Shown: positions 12,494 through 25,130 of the stretch, in pieces
Layout: every line of letters begins with the position of its first letter
How positions within the stretch are numbered: the first letter of the stretch is position 1
Origin: Phoronis australis
Lineage: Eukaryota; Animalia; Phoronida
Assembly (NCBI GenBank): GCA_002633005.1
Contig: NMRA01000195.1
Span: forward strand, 599,628 to 663,627
Direction: 5' to 3'
DNA: 64,000 nucleotides
The notes under the pieces: generated by a model
Told to the model about the DNA's origin: nothing
What the model saw: only the letters and a program-made list of their open reading frames with translations
The model's database searches: none
Program-made: the position numbers and the translations under genes

Positions 12494-14569
12494 AACTACA
12501 CAGTAACAAGTTTACTTATAATGCGGGAAACAAGTGTATTCGTACGCGTAAACTCAGTATAATATGACGTGGCAGTATGCAGTAATGTCAAACCTGAACT
12601 TGTGACGAAATGAAGGTGTTTTGTCAAACGTCGCAAAAAACATAATTTACATTATTTTTGTTGCTGCCTTTTAACACGTCCTATTTCACACCCGGCCAAC
12701 CCGCGATCGAGAACGACCGGAAGGCGATCGAGAATTTTGGCGCGAGAAATGAAGCTAGGCAAAGTGAGTCAATTTGATGAATTTCCGTTGTTTTTACTTC
12801 CAATGTGAAAACAGAGGCATGAGTTCAAGGCGTAACACACTGAGGAAGGGCAGGTAGAGATTTAGGGTAGTGTCTCTTTCAATTATTGGAGAAAAGTCAC
12901 GTTGACCGAGGCATCGCATGAGCCGAAGGTGATTTGTATGTCATTTTGGAAAATTGCCGTTATTTTTGGCACTAAATCAATAAATTGACCATGGAGCTAT
13001 AAAGAAATGACGTGTGAAAATATATGCGCTTGTTTTTGTAGTTTTGTCAGAATCTCTGATTTTTCGACACTTTTCTGTTGAAATGTGCGACCGAGAACGC
13101 AACGATAAGCGATAGGGAACGCAAATTTGTGTTTGTTTATGCGATCGGGAACGCATCGTAGTGTGTCGAACAGTAATGAACTTTTTACTTATAAAACGTG
13201 AAAAAGGTTACAAGATAAGTGTGGTGCAATGACTTAATCACATTAGCGTCATTACTGTGTTACTTTCGTATCAAAACTGAACAACAGCAAAGCATGTTTT
13301 CATTAAATTGCCATGAGTACTACATATACATCAATCATAATTTCAGTTTCACAAACGAATTTATTTTCATTTCAGAAAACAGTTTCACTGCTATTATGAC
13401 GTAAGCTTCAACGAACATGTTACCCACGACGTGGAGGTACACCCAACCAGGGTTTTGAAATACAATCATCTACTTTTAGACGAAACAACTGAGAACAAGG
13501 GGTTCTAAACTGAAGACTCACCCAGGAGTTGTTCCATGTGGCCTGCCAGCCAGGGGTAAACAAATTGTTGCAGCAGATGAAAGGGAGTGTAGAATCTTCC
13601 TTTAAAATTGTGACAGCAAAAGGAAAAAAACCAAATAGCCAGTGAAGTCAAAGAATGATGATGAGCTTGCCCATGGGGAGAGAGGGGAGTACGGCAAGAT
13701 TTCACGAGTCGATTCAAAGATTCCCACTCATAAACGTCTGGGATCAAAAAATTGGCCAGAAGTTGTGTAAACTGGTGTGCTGATAAAACGGGTGTAATTT
13801 TACTTGATGTTTTATGGATAACATCGATACAGAGATGAACAGGTTGACTTGTGGCACCCGAGTGGCTTGCATGTACGTTGTGTTTGAACTCTTCTGTTTT
13901 GTAGTCTTGGTCCTAAGTTCACCTGCATCATCAGTTCATGATCGCCAGTTTAAAGTGACATTGAAAAAGATTGAGACAGTTATAATATACGTATTTATAT
14001 TGTGATTTTCTCAAAACGTAGTCAACATGTAGTCATTAACGTCACTTCAACTACACACTGTAGTAATTTACACAAGAAATCAACAGCAATATTATAATAT
14101 TAATCTTTTATCACACATACCTCAAAATTGGTCTTACAAAAATATATAAAATATTGCTTAAGGGAAATCAACATTACAAACCCATTGAACTTTTCCAACG
14201 AATTACTTTTGGAATGTATTAGACTAAATCATCACTGAATCATAAACTGTATTTAGGACTAATTGATTGTATAATAGTCTCTCACAGGAAATCAACAACA
14301 TGAAAGCAATTTCTACAATAATCATAGACATATATTTTCTTTTGAAATATTAATTGGTCAGAACAATTGTATGTAAGTATTGCCCAATGACACTTAGGAT
14401 GGCCATTTAAATCTACCTAAACACTGCAAAAATGTAATGGTTCTGTTAAAGATCTTTTTGAAATAACACAAATATAGAAAGAAACTTGAGGAAAAAAGGT
14501 TCAAAACAAAACGTCAAAATTCTAACACATCAGAAAAAGTGACTTAACAACCTTCACCACTGGACATAA

Positions 14570-15810
14570 TAATATCATTTATTGTACATCGTAGGCTTTG
14601 CCTAATCATACATTAATACATTAATTCAAATGTATATTGATAGTATTTACACGGAGAGCAATTCTTCTCTTAAAGCCATAGCCTTCTGAATACATAATGC
14701 TAGGTGCTGGATACTGACATGGTTTTTCTCTTGGAATAACCAAAAAAGAGAATAGTTAACATTCATCAGCTCTGGTAAAAGAATTCTTCTAAAGTCTCTA
14801 AGAGCAGGGCATCGACACATGAAATGAGGCTCATCTTCAACTTCACCCAGACAGCATATGCCGCATATTCTTTCACTTCTAGCAATACTCATATGTCTCC
14901 CTTCCTCTATATTAACTGAGTGACCTGAACATCAAGTATTCTTCTCGAATAAGTGCTTAAACAATTCACATATTGCTCACAAACACGATCACGTTTAAGA
15001 AGACTATAAAATTATAAAAATTATATTTGTTTGAGCTACCCATTTCCAGTTGCCATTCCTGTACGCCACGATCCAGTAATCTCTGCTTGAATACCATAAT
15101 AAATTCAGCACTATTGCCTGGGCCAAATAACCACACTTCTCCATAGCCGTACCTAAACAAAAATTCTTTGACACGGTGCACCCCGTTACAGTTACCATTT
15201 TCACCTTGTTCCCTAAGCATGATATAGCACTTCAGTGGGTACCTATGTTCGTCCATATCAATTAATTTTGTCCAATAGATTATTGGTTTACACTTATTTT
15301 GTATTTAACAATTGTCTCCCACATTCACCACATTTGGCGTTTTAATACTCAATCTCAGAACATATTTACAGAAAGCATTTTGAACTTTTTCAATAGATTC
15401 AAACATTGATGTTCCCCATATTTCTGCACCATATGTTAATATGGGCATTATCATAGAGTCAAAGAGTTTGAAATGCACTCCATGGGAAATACAGTTAAAT
15501 TTTGACAGAGTGGCTTTAAGTTCATTGCCTTTGGAGCTTGGCTTGCAAGTACTCAACACTCTGTCCATTTAAGTCTACAGGATAATGTGACTCCTAGGTA
15601 CTTATTGTACGATTAAATTTTTGTCGCTAAAACCACGTTCCAGTATTTGAAAGAATGCCCCCTCGCTTAAATACCACAGCATACCTTTTCTCCAAATTAA
15701 CTAGCAAGTTCCAATCTCGACAAAACTTTTCGAGGACATTGAGCTTCATCTGTAGCCCAGCAACAGTATTCGGCAACATCACTAAATCATCAACAAAAAC
15801 ACAGCACCTA
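14570..15810 (-). mobile_element. 5'-truncated, frameshifted non-LTR retrotransposon (RTEX-like LINE)
   Basis: RT motif FVDDLVML near 15790; 'LFDSMIMPILTYGAEIWG...IEKVQNAFCKYVL'; C-terminal CCHC 'CGICCLGEVEDEPHFMCRC'; AATAAA near the 3' end. Confidence 0.8.
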
Positions 15811-15825
15811 TGTCACTGGACATTT

Positions 15826-16170
15826 CATTCGTGACGTTTCTGCATACTATGCCTGTAGAAGGAGGCATACTGTTTGCATGACTTGCCACATTCACCACAA
15901 AAGGGAGTGTCCTCGAGCTGTGATGCAGTGACACATCAGGCTGCATTCTTTAAGTGAAACATTGATAACAAATAGGACACTTGGTTCCTGAGCACGATAC
16001 TTTATGCTGTGTTTTACTACTGGTAAAAAACTCTTGACGCATGCAACGCGTCAATTACACGGCTGGCCTAAAGGTCTGGCTTGTTGTAGTGGCACAGTCT
16101 TGCCATGTGGTCATACTGAGTCGATTTCTTAGTTCCTGAACAAGGCTTCACAACACACACACACTCCGTT
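15826..16170 (-). pseudogene. Decayed C2H2 zinc-finger coding remnant
   Basis: Minus strand reads 'PFCGECGKSCKQYASFYRHSMQKRH' (~15832-15906) and, upstream, 'TKCPICYQCF', broken by stops and frameshifts. Confidence 0.45.
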
Positions 16171-16273
16171 GTGACATGCAGCATTTCAAGGCGTGGACGT
16201 TAACGCCCTGAAGGACTCGACGTGCAGTTCAACAGAAAAAGTCAAACGCATTCAGTTATGTTTGTTACGCTAA

Positions 16274-19200
16274 TAGACCGGCAGCCCAGAGCACTTAGCA
16301 TAGATGAACGAGGTACCAACATCTGACCACGGGAGCATTTAGAGTCCACCTCAGTATGTACAGAAATGGACGTCTGCCGTTGTCTGCACTCTGGGTGTGA
16401 CCCCTGGGGGCCTTACAAAGGGCCCAGAAAATGAGCTAGACTAGATATTCGAGGTACCAGCCAAAACTGATTTAAAACGAACAAAAGTACCGCACTGAAC
16501 ACCAAATGACCCATGACAGACAAATTGCACTCTGGAATGGGTCCGGCAGAAACCAAAAAGGATCCCCAAAAATGAGCTAGCACATACATTCGAGGTACCA
16601 CACAAAACCAATTCGATATGATTCAATACATGTCACAGATCACTAAATGCCTTATGACAGACAAATTACACTCTGGATTGTGCCCGGCAGAAACCCCCAA
16701 AAATCTCAACCACGGTATGACATCACAAATTTGAGCTAGACTAGGTTTTCGAGGTACCGGCCAAAATTGGTTTTAAACGAGCACTAGTACCGCACTGAAC
16801 ACTAAATGACCCATGACAGACAAATTGCACTCTGGAATGGGTCCGGCAGAAACCAAAAAAGCCCCCCCCCAAAAAAAAAACCGAGCCAGCACCACACAAA
16901 ACCAATTCCATGAGGTTCAATACATGTCACAGGTCACTAAATGCCCTATGACAGACGAAATACACTCTGGATTCGGTGCCTGGCAGAAACCCTCAAAAAT
17001 CTCATCCACAGTATCTGCTATCGAAACTTTGAGGTACATTAGATACCCGAGGTACCGGCTAAAACTGAATTAAAACCAATCATGAATTGTGCCGCACCAG
17101 GTCCATCACAGACAACAAATTGTGCTCTGAAAGGCGTGGCCAGAAACTCAATCACACCGTAAAAGGAGCTAGGTTATCATTTGGGGTACCACAATAAATA
17201 ATTCCATGTGATTCAAATACTGGTTACCAAATACCCTATAACAGTTAAAAACCAGTGTGGGTTGTGCTCGCCAGACCCAGAAATGGTAAGTAATTTTGAA
17301 AATATACGACATGTTAGATGATGAGTTTATACTTTTGCGTCTACTGAGCTCTCACACTTGTAATTGTCAAATGGATGATGGCGGAGAGTAAGCATTTTGG
17401 AAAGTACCTGATAACAGTAAAACTTTGGGATATCAGGAACTGTCTAAAACCAACCCACTCAATGAAGTTTAAGAACGCAGATTGTGTTAAATATCAAACG
17501 CTATCAAAACTGCCAACAGAAAGGATACGTCAACGACAACATATGGCCCATATATTAGCGCCCGAGATCCAGCTTGATTCGGGCTCGCTTGTTTCGTCAT
17601 AGCCCAATTTCCTCTACCTATTGATCGGCTTGGTTTTCTTGTAAAAGACCAGCACCTTCAAAAAGGACATCAAGAACGGCAGATCCACAAAACCATTCGG
17701 GAGTGTAGTATCCATCTTGTACATTCCAACCGTAGGTAAGAGGATCCAAACCGTTTCCCGGCCGGACTGGCCGAATCCACTTGACCCCAGAGCAAGCAAA
17801 CACAATGGGCTCGTTTGAAGTTGTTCAATAGTGTCTTTCAGCAAGGAGGAAGCAATGCGCAGTCAATCTTCTTGATGTTGGACATCGGCTTTTCCTGAAA
17901 TAAATAGTGAGAAAATTTTATTGACGAGTGCCCAATTGTCCAAAATCTGACGAACAAAAACATAAAACCTCACCACAATTTACTGTTTCTTAAGTATGAC
18001 GTGAAAATCGGCCTTTTGGTTTAATACTACGAAAACATTTGCAACTATTTTCGTTACTTTTATGAACTATATTTTATCAATTACAGTTATAACCTTGTTT
18101 ATTTTTCCAGTCATCTCGATTAATTTCAGATATTTCGCTTCATTGACATCTTTGACTCCTCCCTAATACGAGGCATATGTATTCTTCTAACTTTCTTTCG
18201 TCTGGGACATCTACGCTAATTAACTCTGAGAAGCTGATAAGTGTCCCAGATGAGTCTTTCATCAGGATTTTCAGAGGCCTCACTTTCCCTTTCCTATGCG
18301 GTGCTGCTGTGACGTCACACCCTGTCATTGCATGCAGACCAGGCAATGCTGCAGCGAGACCCCTTGTTAACGAAACACGTAGTTGTTTATATATTTATTT
18401 AAATAGCATTGGGACTCCACCACGTGGCTGCTCACCAAATTAGGGGTGATTTTTATTTCATCACGGAGGACATTATATCGGCCATCGACAAATGACTCCG
18501 CGAAACTAAAACACTGAATTTCGACATCATGTAAAAATTTCTTCAAAAACTTACCACTAGGCGAGTTAACTGTCTCATATCTTGACACCCGTCTGCTTTT
18601 CGCTTCTTGTGATCATGAGAGTAAACAATGGCTTTAGTGAACGAAAGTTTTCTATAATTAGTTTTTGTTTCCTGCGTTCCCATTTTTGCAGTTAACTTAT
18701 TAAATACACCACTATTGTCACCAATTGAGAATATGTGTACTTCGATTTCCGTGGTGCAATTTTTAACATCTTGTTGTCCAGTTGATTGGGTTTCCCACCC
18801 GAGTACTTGAACTAGCACGGGGAAGTTGCATGGACAATTGTAGCTAAATTTTTAAGGTCATTTATGGGCTTCTGGCCGACTATTTCCAGAGTAAAATTTG
18901 TCTTGTCTTTCACGGGTCATTTGGTTTTCAGTGCAGCACGATTGTTGGTTTTAAATCAGTTTAAGCCGATACCTTGAAAATCTAACTGTCTCAAAAATGG
19001 CACACCGTGGTTGAGATTTTTGAGGGTTTCTGCCAGGCACAATCCAGAGTGTATTTTGTCTGCCGGTCATAGGGCATTTAGTAACCTGTGACACGTATTG
19101 AATCTCATGTAATTGGTTTTTTGTGGTACCTCGAATGTATGTGCTAGCTCATTTTGGGGGGTCATTTGGTTTCTGCCGGACCCATTCCAGAGTGCAATTT

Positions 19201-19750
19201 GTCTGTCATGGGTCATTTGGTGTTCAGTGCGGTACTAGTGCTCGTTTAAAAACCAGTTTTGGCCGGTACCTCAAAAATCTAGTCTAGCTCAAATTTGTGA
19301 TGTCATACCGTGGTTGAGATTTTTGGGGGTTTCTGCCGGGCAACATCCAGAATGTAATTTGTCTGTCATAGGGCATTTAGTGATCTGTGACATGCATTGA
19401 ATCAAATCGAATTGGTTTCGTGTGGTACCTCGAATGTATGTGCTAGCTCATTTTTGGGGGGTCCTTTTTGGTTTCTGCCGGACCCATTCCAGAGTGCAAT
19501 TTGTCTGTCATGGGTCATTCGGTGTTCAGTGCGGTACTATTGTTCGTTTTAAATCAGTTTTGGCTGGTACCTCGAATATCTAGTCTAGCTCATTTTCTGG
19601 GCCCTTTATAAGGGCCCCAGGGGTCACACCCAGAGTGCAGACAACGGCAGACGTCCATTTCTGTACATACTGAGGTGGACTCTAAATGCTCCCGTGGTCA
19701 GATGTTGGTACCTCGTTCATCTATGCTAAGTGCTCTTTGCTGCCGGTCTA
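16274..19750 (-). mobile_element. Academ (AcademX-like) internally deleted DNA transposon
   Basis: TAG...CTA termini, TAA TSD (16271-73 / 19751-53), long TIRs (~16274-17100 / ~18880-19750). Coding remnants 'PGLHAMTGCDVTAAPHRKGK' (XPG/FEN1-like H3TH motif) and 'LDPLTYGWNVQDGYYTPEW'. Confidence 0.8.
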
Positions 19751-21223
19751 TAAATCTCACTTAGAAAACATGAAAAAAACGATGAAATGTAATTAAGAAT
19801 CAACCCACTAACTAATTCAGGCTCCACATCATTCTAAAATTATTGACATAGTAGCGTAACGTGAACAACTAATCAGGCCAATGCAGAGAAAAAAGTGCAT
19901 TCACGATCGCTTGTCTTGCGATCACGATCGCCATAGAGAATTGACGACATCGTTGTCGATCGCTATCTCACACAAGGACCTACTTGTATTAGTAAATATC
20001 TCAAATTGTTTCACAAATCATACCTAACAAAGGTGTCACCAGGGACAATTAAACTATAAACGTCACACGTCTCTTCTTAGGAAGCATGGAATTGCTAATA
20101 ACAAATTGTCGATTTTACGAGGCGCAAGGCATCTTACCGAAAGCCATTGTTATGAGCTCTTTAGTTTAAAAAATAAGCAAAAGCCAAGCATTATTTCAGA
20201 TCCACAACAAAGGTTACACACTGACGCTTTTCTGTGTGTAGTATTCGTACCAAAGTGGACTCTATTTAAGCAGAAAATGACACGTAAACTCGCCGGGTAC
20301 GTCAGTGTCGTCTGCCATTTTTGGTGCAAGGTCTCGTTCTCGATCACTTTCCAGGCGTTCTCGATAGCGGGTTGGTCGGGGTGTTTCAGGCACTTTTTAG
20401 AAACAGAATATTCATGTTCACAGGTTTTGAAATTTTCAAAGTGACTTCGTTTTTAGACTCGTCACAAGAAAGATTCAAAACATGCACCAAAGCAATATTT
20501 TGGTAAACGTATAACGTCACAATTCACAGCAGATTGTTGCGCCCGCATTAACATATCAATTCTTAAAATACCACGGTTTTTGTCTACTCTGTTATATTGA
20601 CCTGCATGTATAATGGATGTACAAATACAATAATAAACACATTTTAATTGGTACCTACAATATTCAAATTTAAAAACGCATCGGGGTTAACTTTCAGCTG
20701 GAAGTAATAATGAACTAAAAGTCACTTCTAATTTCTTTATTTTTACATCCTCATAACAGATTTAACTGCTTCAAATGCAAACAAAACGCTTTGAGCACCA
20801 TTTTATCATTAAAAATGAAGTAAATGTATGGGTTTTCAGTCCATTTTCAGAGAATTTTGTCAAATATTTCACATTTACAAAACGTTCCGAGGATTGCTAA
20901 ACGAAAGTTGCCATAATCATGCAAGTGTTATTTTTTTCTTCTGAACACACTGAACCTACTGCAAGAAGCTTCAAACATTTACTTACAATCAGTTTTACGA
21001 ATGACTGGGCGGACATTGCCGTTTTGCCCTTTTTAATTAACGGTGGCCTAAAAGACTTTTTCTATCTTAGTCTCAATGAATATCAAAAATATGATTCTTT
21101 AAAATATATTAATTTGTAATTTACCGTGATAAAACAATAGAATTATCTCCAAAACACTGGCCTGTTTTTGTGTTCAGTTCAACAACATTTAAAACCATTC
21201 TCCGCCCATACAATGACTGTTAC

Positions 21224-21388
21224 CAGTGCCGGATATAGAGGGGGACAAGGAGGCCATCCCGCCCCCCCCCCTCCCCTGAAAAGTTCGCAGATTCCATTTG
21301 ATAGTTTGGGGGTGCGAATGTCTGACGGACAAAATCCTGGTTAATACTCTGCCCTCCCCCTTTAATAAAAATCTTGGATCCGCCCCTT
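21224..21388. mobile_element. Short MITE, CAGTG(G/C)CGGAT-type TIR, 5-bp TSD
   Basis: CAGTGCCGGATATAG ... CTTGGATCCGCCCCTT, flanked by GTTAC on both sides. Confidence 0.6.
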
Positions 21389-24300
21389 GTTACACACCAA
21401 TTTTAGCCACGTCTCAGGAAACAACAGATTGTTAGTCCTCCCAACACACAGAAACCACTTCTTTCCTGAATGAGTAAAGAACAAATTAAGACCAGCGTTA
21501 CTATGATGTCCCAGTTAGCCTGACGTGTTAGTAAGCAAGTTAACGACATCTCAAACCTTGGTCGTTTTTACAATATTTCACATATGGGTAGCAAAATGCC
21601 ATATCTTCATTCTCGGGACGAGAAAAAAGAAAGATTCAGTACAACCACTTTCAACAGCGTAGCAGTTCGTTTATTATTATTCCCAGGTCAAAGGTTACAG
21701 GACTCTTACTCAATACGAATCACACTCAGTCCTTTCATTAACTGAGTTGACATAACATTGAGTCAACGAGGTGTACATAGCATATAAAGATGCCGCGGAC
21801 AACGAAGATAAAACGCAGTTTTCATCCTGAAGGAGTTTACGCCTGCATGTATACGACCGTTGAGAACGAATGCACCGAGTCCGAGTCGTTTTATATATAT
21901 TAACACACAACAAAAATACACAGTGTACAAGTAGAACAAAAATAAACAATGAACGCTGCTGCGAGATAACTGGAGAAAGATGAATATGGAGTGGCAGAAG
22001 GTGACCCCCAGATGACTGAACCCAAAATAAACGCAATGCCGGAAAGCGATCCTATGATGATGCGGATGGAAATGGTAACGATGACTGTTTCAATGAACGG
22101 GTAGATAGGACACGGGCATGATCATTCTAACCGCACGTGGTCTCGGCATAAACAGTCTGTGAATGATGGTCCAAAGTAGCAAACAATAGTGAACGCTGTC
22201 CTAATGAAATAACGACCGGGATATGATCCAAATGTACAAAAAAATTAATTTAATTGTTAGTAACTGCTAATATTTTGTATAAATTGATGGAAAAATAACA
22301 TTTCTGAAGCTTCTATCCAATATCTCTTCATTTTGTTCATTTGAATGACGACTTTTAATAGGTAATTCCTCGACGTTTTGTGCAAACGAAAGTTTCGAGT
22401 TTATTATTTAAGTAATCCCATTAATTACTGTACAATGCATCATTGGCTGTCCAGGCGTTGTAAAACGACATTCGTCTTTTTAGTATCAGAATTTTAGCGT
22501 GATGAACTTCCAATGGGATTAGGACCTACACTCTATCGCACTGCTACGAAAGGTAGCACTGCGGGATATTGTGTGCACGTGATGGCGATGTGATCGATAA
22601 ACTTCCGACCAAGCATGTGCATTGATGTCTACTCACGGAATTCCGTTTGCCATTCATCATGTGTCCACAGGGGCACTTTTCAGTATAGGTGGCGCTGTGT
22701 CACAGGGTAATTAGGACCTCGTTTGCACTTCCTTCTGGTTTACCGATGACTTTCGATTGCATATACGACCTTTGACCTTGAATCGAGGCCCCTCTCCAAC
22801 ACGAAGAGATGATGTCACTTCAGTAACATTGACCTGTGACGTCAGTGTCACGTACCTCCTTCCGGTTTGAGAATGTTGCAAAGACATCAAGACCACCCGG
22901 TGTAGAATCATTAAATCAACATCAGTTTTGGAGCTGAACGATTAGTGAGAGACACTGAGAGACTTGACCAAAACGGCTTTGTCACACTTCCCAGGGCTAC
23001 CGTATTCGTGATTAGGGATTTAGGGACTGGACTCGATCAGCACACACTAAAAAACAATATGGGCTATGCCAATGTTACGTTGGTTTCCTTCCACAAACAA
23101 GCAACTGAACAGCGCCTCAGCGCCATAGGTGGCCTTTCCTTGACATGGACAGGCTTCCTCGCCAACTCCATTGTGTTGCTTAGTAACATTCGCTGCTTAG
23201 CGAAACTAAAAAGCTGACTATTTTGCTCATTCTCAGTGACCACTTTGTTCTGAGTAATCACAATGTCTGTAACTACTTGGCCATTGAAGACGTTTTAGAT
23301 ACATGACTGTTGGTCAGTGAAGGGATGTCTGTGCTTCTCTAGTCCGCGATCTTTCTCCAGTCGTCCTTGTCCAGTTTCCGTCTTCCATACCCAATCTACT
23401 TCATTACGAGGCTTCTGCTCTTCACCACCTTCACTCTACATGTTCTCCATGGCAGTATCAAGGTGAGCACACCCACTGAAACAATTTACCTACACGGCTT
23501 CTTGCTCATCTCTTGTTAAATGCCACTTTATACTCCGAGAACCTTTTACTCGTTTGATATCTTCCGTTCTGATAGTCAGCTCGTACCGCGGTTTTGTCAT
23601 CCGAGCGTCGACAGACGTGTATATCTTTCTTGGTAAGGTGCTCAATAGATAGTAGGTAAATTTGAAAATCAACTGGACAATTTTTGACGAGCTCTGCCAA
23701 ACATGGGACAAACTTCTTACCAGAATCATTTGGAGCCTAAGTCGAACTTGTATCTCAATTAAACATTTTTATTCAATATAATAGGTACGGTACAGGTCAC
23801 ATAATTACACAATACAATAATCTTTTTGTTTAGTCAAGGATCAACTTACAGTGCCGACACGCACAAAAGGTAATTTAACATTAAAAACAAGCAGAGGCTT
23901 TGATTCATTCATCATAAACGAAAAAGTCAAGACCTTGCTAGCGCTCTATCCATTCATCGTACTTCATTTTGTTTATATTATTAAACATTGTTTTTGTGGC
24001 ACTTTTGTAGGAGCTTAAGGTGAAGCAATCGTGTCCAGTCGCAAATTGTCTATTTATTAACGGATATACGCAGTAAATTGTTGAACCAACACTTGTCGCG
24101 GAGTTGTCGAGATTTACTAGCTAGAATTGAAGCGGATTCTAGTCGACTTTCGAGCTTGTCCGCGGGATTATTTTGAAAACTACTGAACCACAGCACACAG
24201 AAATGTGAGGACCTCCATAAGATAGGGCTGTGGAAGGAAGAAGGCAAACAACAGAGACACTAAATGTAGACATAAAAAGGGGATCCTTCCGGACGGATAA

Positions 24301-24608
24301 ATCATATATCTTCATAAATCTTGGCCCCGAGTAGAACTCAGTAGCAACACGGCTGTCTGGTGAGATTGCATGCGCACAAGGAATGAGACAGAGACATTCC
24401 GTTGACTTCATACTGGCTGGAGACTCCAGCATGGTAAATGATGAGCATTTCCACGACAAATGCTTTCTTTAGTGTACCGATACCAGCCCTGGAAAATCAA
24501 TCACGAGCAAAGATGTTTGGCATACTATAGTGTCCCATAATCAGATTTAGAAGCTCTTAGTGACAAAAATAAAAGAAGCCGAATGCGAGGAAAAGTTAAA
24601 TATCAGAA

Positions 24609-24692
24609 GGATGTCAGACAGTTTTGGAACTTTTTAAAGTTCCAAAACTGTCTGACATCCGGCCACGGTCAACTTTTAAGTTGACCGTGGCC
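24609..24692. repeat. Two abutting perfect inverted repeats (25-bp and 15-bp arms, each with a TT loop)
   Basis: 24609-24633 is the exact reverse complement of 24636-24660, and 24661-24675 of 24678-24692. AATATCAGAA is repeated at 24599-24608 and 24700-24709. Confidence 0.95.
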
Positions 24693-24820
24693 GCGCATCA
24701 ATATCAGAAATGTACAAACGTAAAAACCTAAAATTGCCACAAGCAGGTACATCGGAAATCGGATCTGTGCGAGACTAGTCCACGACGGCCCATTCATGAT
24801 GGGAAATATCTGCAAAATTT

Positions 24821-25117
24821 CACGCGGTGGGCCTCCGGCGGCACGCGCTGCCTTCGGCAGCTTGGCCGAGGCCCGGGCTCACGCCGGTGGGCCTAGGCCT
24901 CTGACACGCGCTTCCTAGCTTCAGAAGCTTAGCCGAGGCCCACCTCACGCCGTGGGCCACCCGGCACGAGCTACTGCAGCCTGACCGAGGCCCGGCTCAC
25001 GCCGTGGGCCTAGGTCTCCTGCACGCTCTTCCTTTAGAAGCTTAGCCGAAGCCAATCTCACGCCGTGGGCCTCCGCACAGGCACGCTTACTTCGGCAGCT
25101 TGGCCAAGGCCCGCCTC
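24821..25117. repeat. GC-rich minisatellite, 5 units of ~52-66 bp with internal hairpins
   Basis: Unit is approximately CACGCCGTGGGCCT...GCACGC...AGCTT(A/G)GCCGAGGCCC. The preceding 24715-24820 resembles the reverse complement of the 4.4-5.6 kb HINE subrepeat. Confidence 0.85.
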
Positions 25118-25130
25118 CTGCTGTCGGTAC

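Larger units (their letters stand above)
12687..20383. mobile_element. Large TIR DNA transposon (CMC/EnSpm-like, tentative) hosting nested insertions
   Basis: Imperfect ~48 bp TIRs: CACACCCGGCCAACCCGCGATCGAGAACGACCGGAAGGCGATCGAGAA versus the reverse complement of ~20337-20383. Flanked by TTT/TTT (or TTC/TTC in an alternative register). GCGATCG(A/G)GAACG motifs repeat subterminally. Confidence 0.55.

Noticed and set aside
24821-25117. CRISPR-like array
   Set aside because: Eukaryotic context, the variable parts are homologous to each other, repeats are imperfect, and there are no cas genes.
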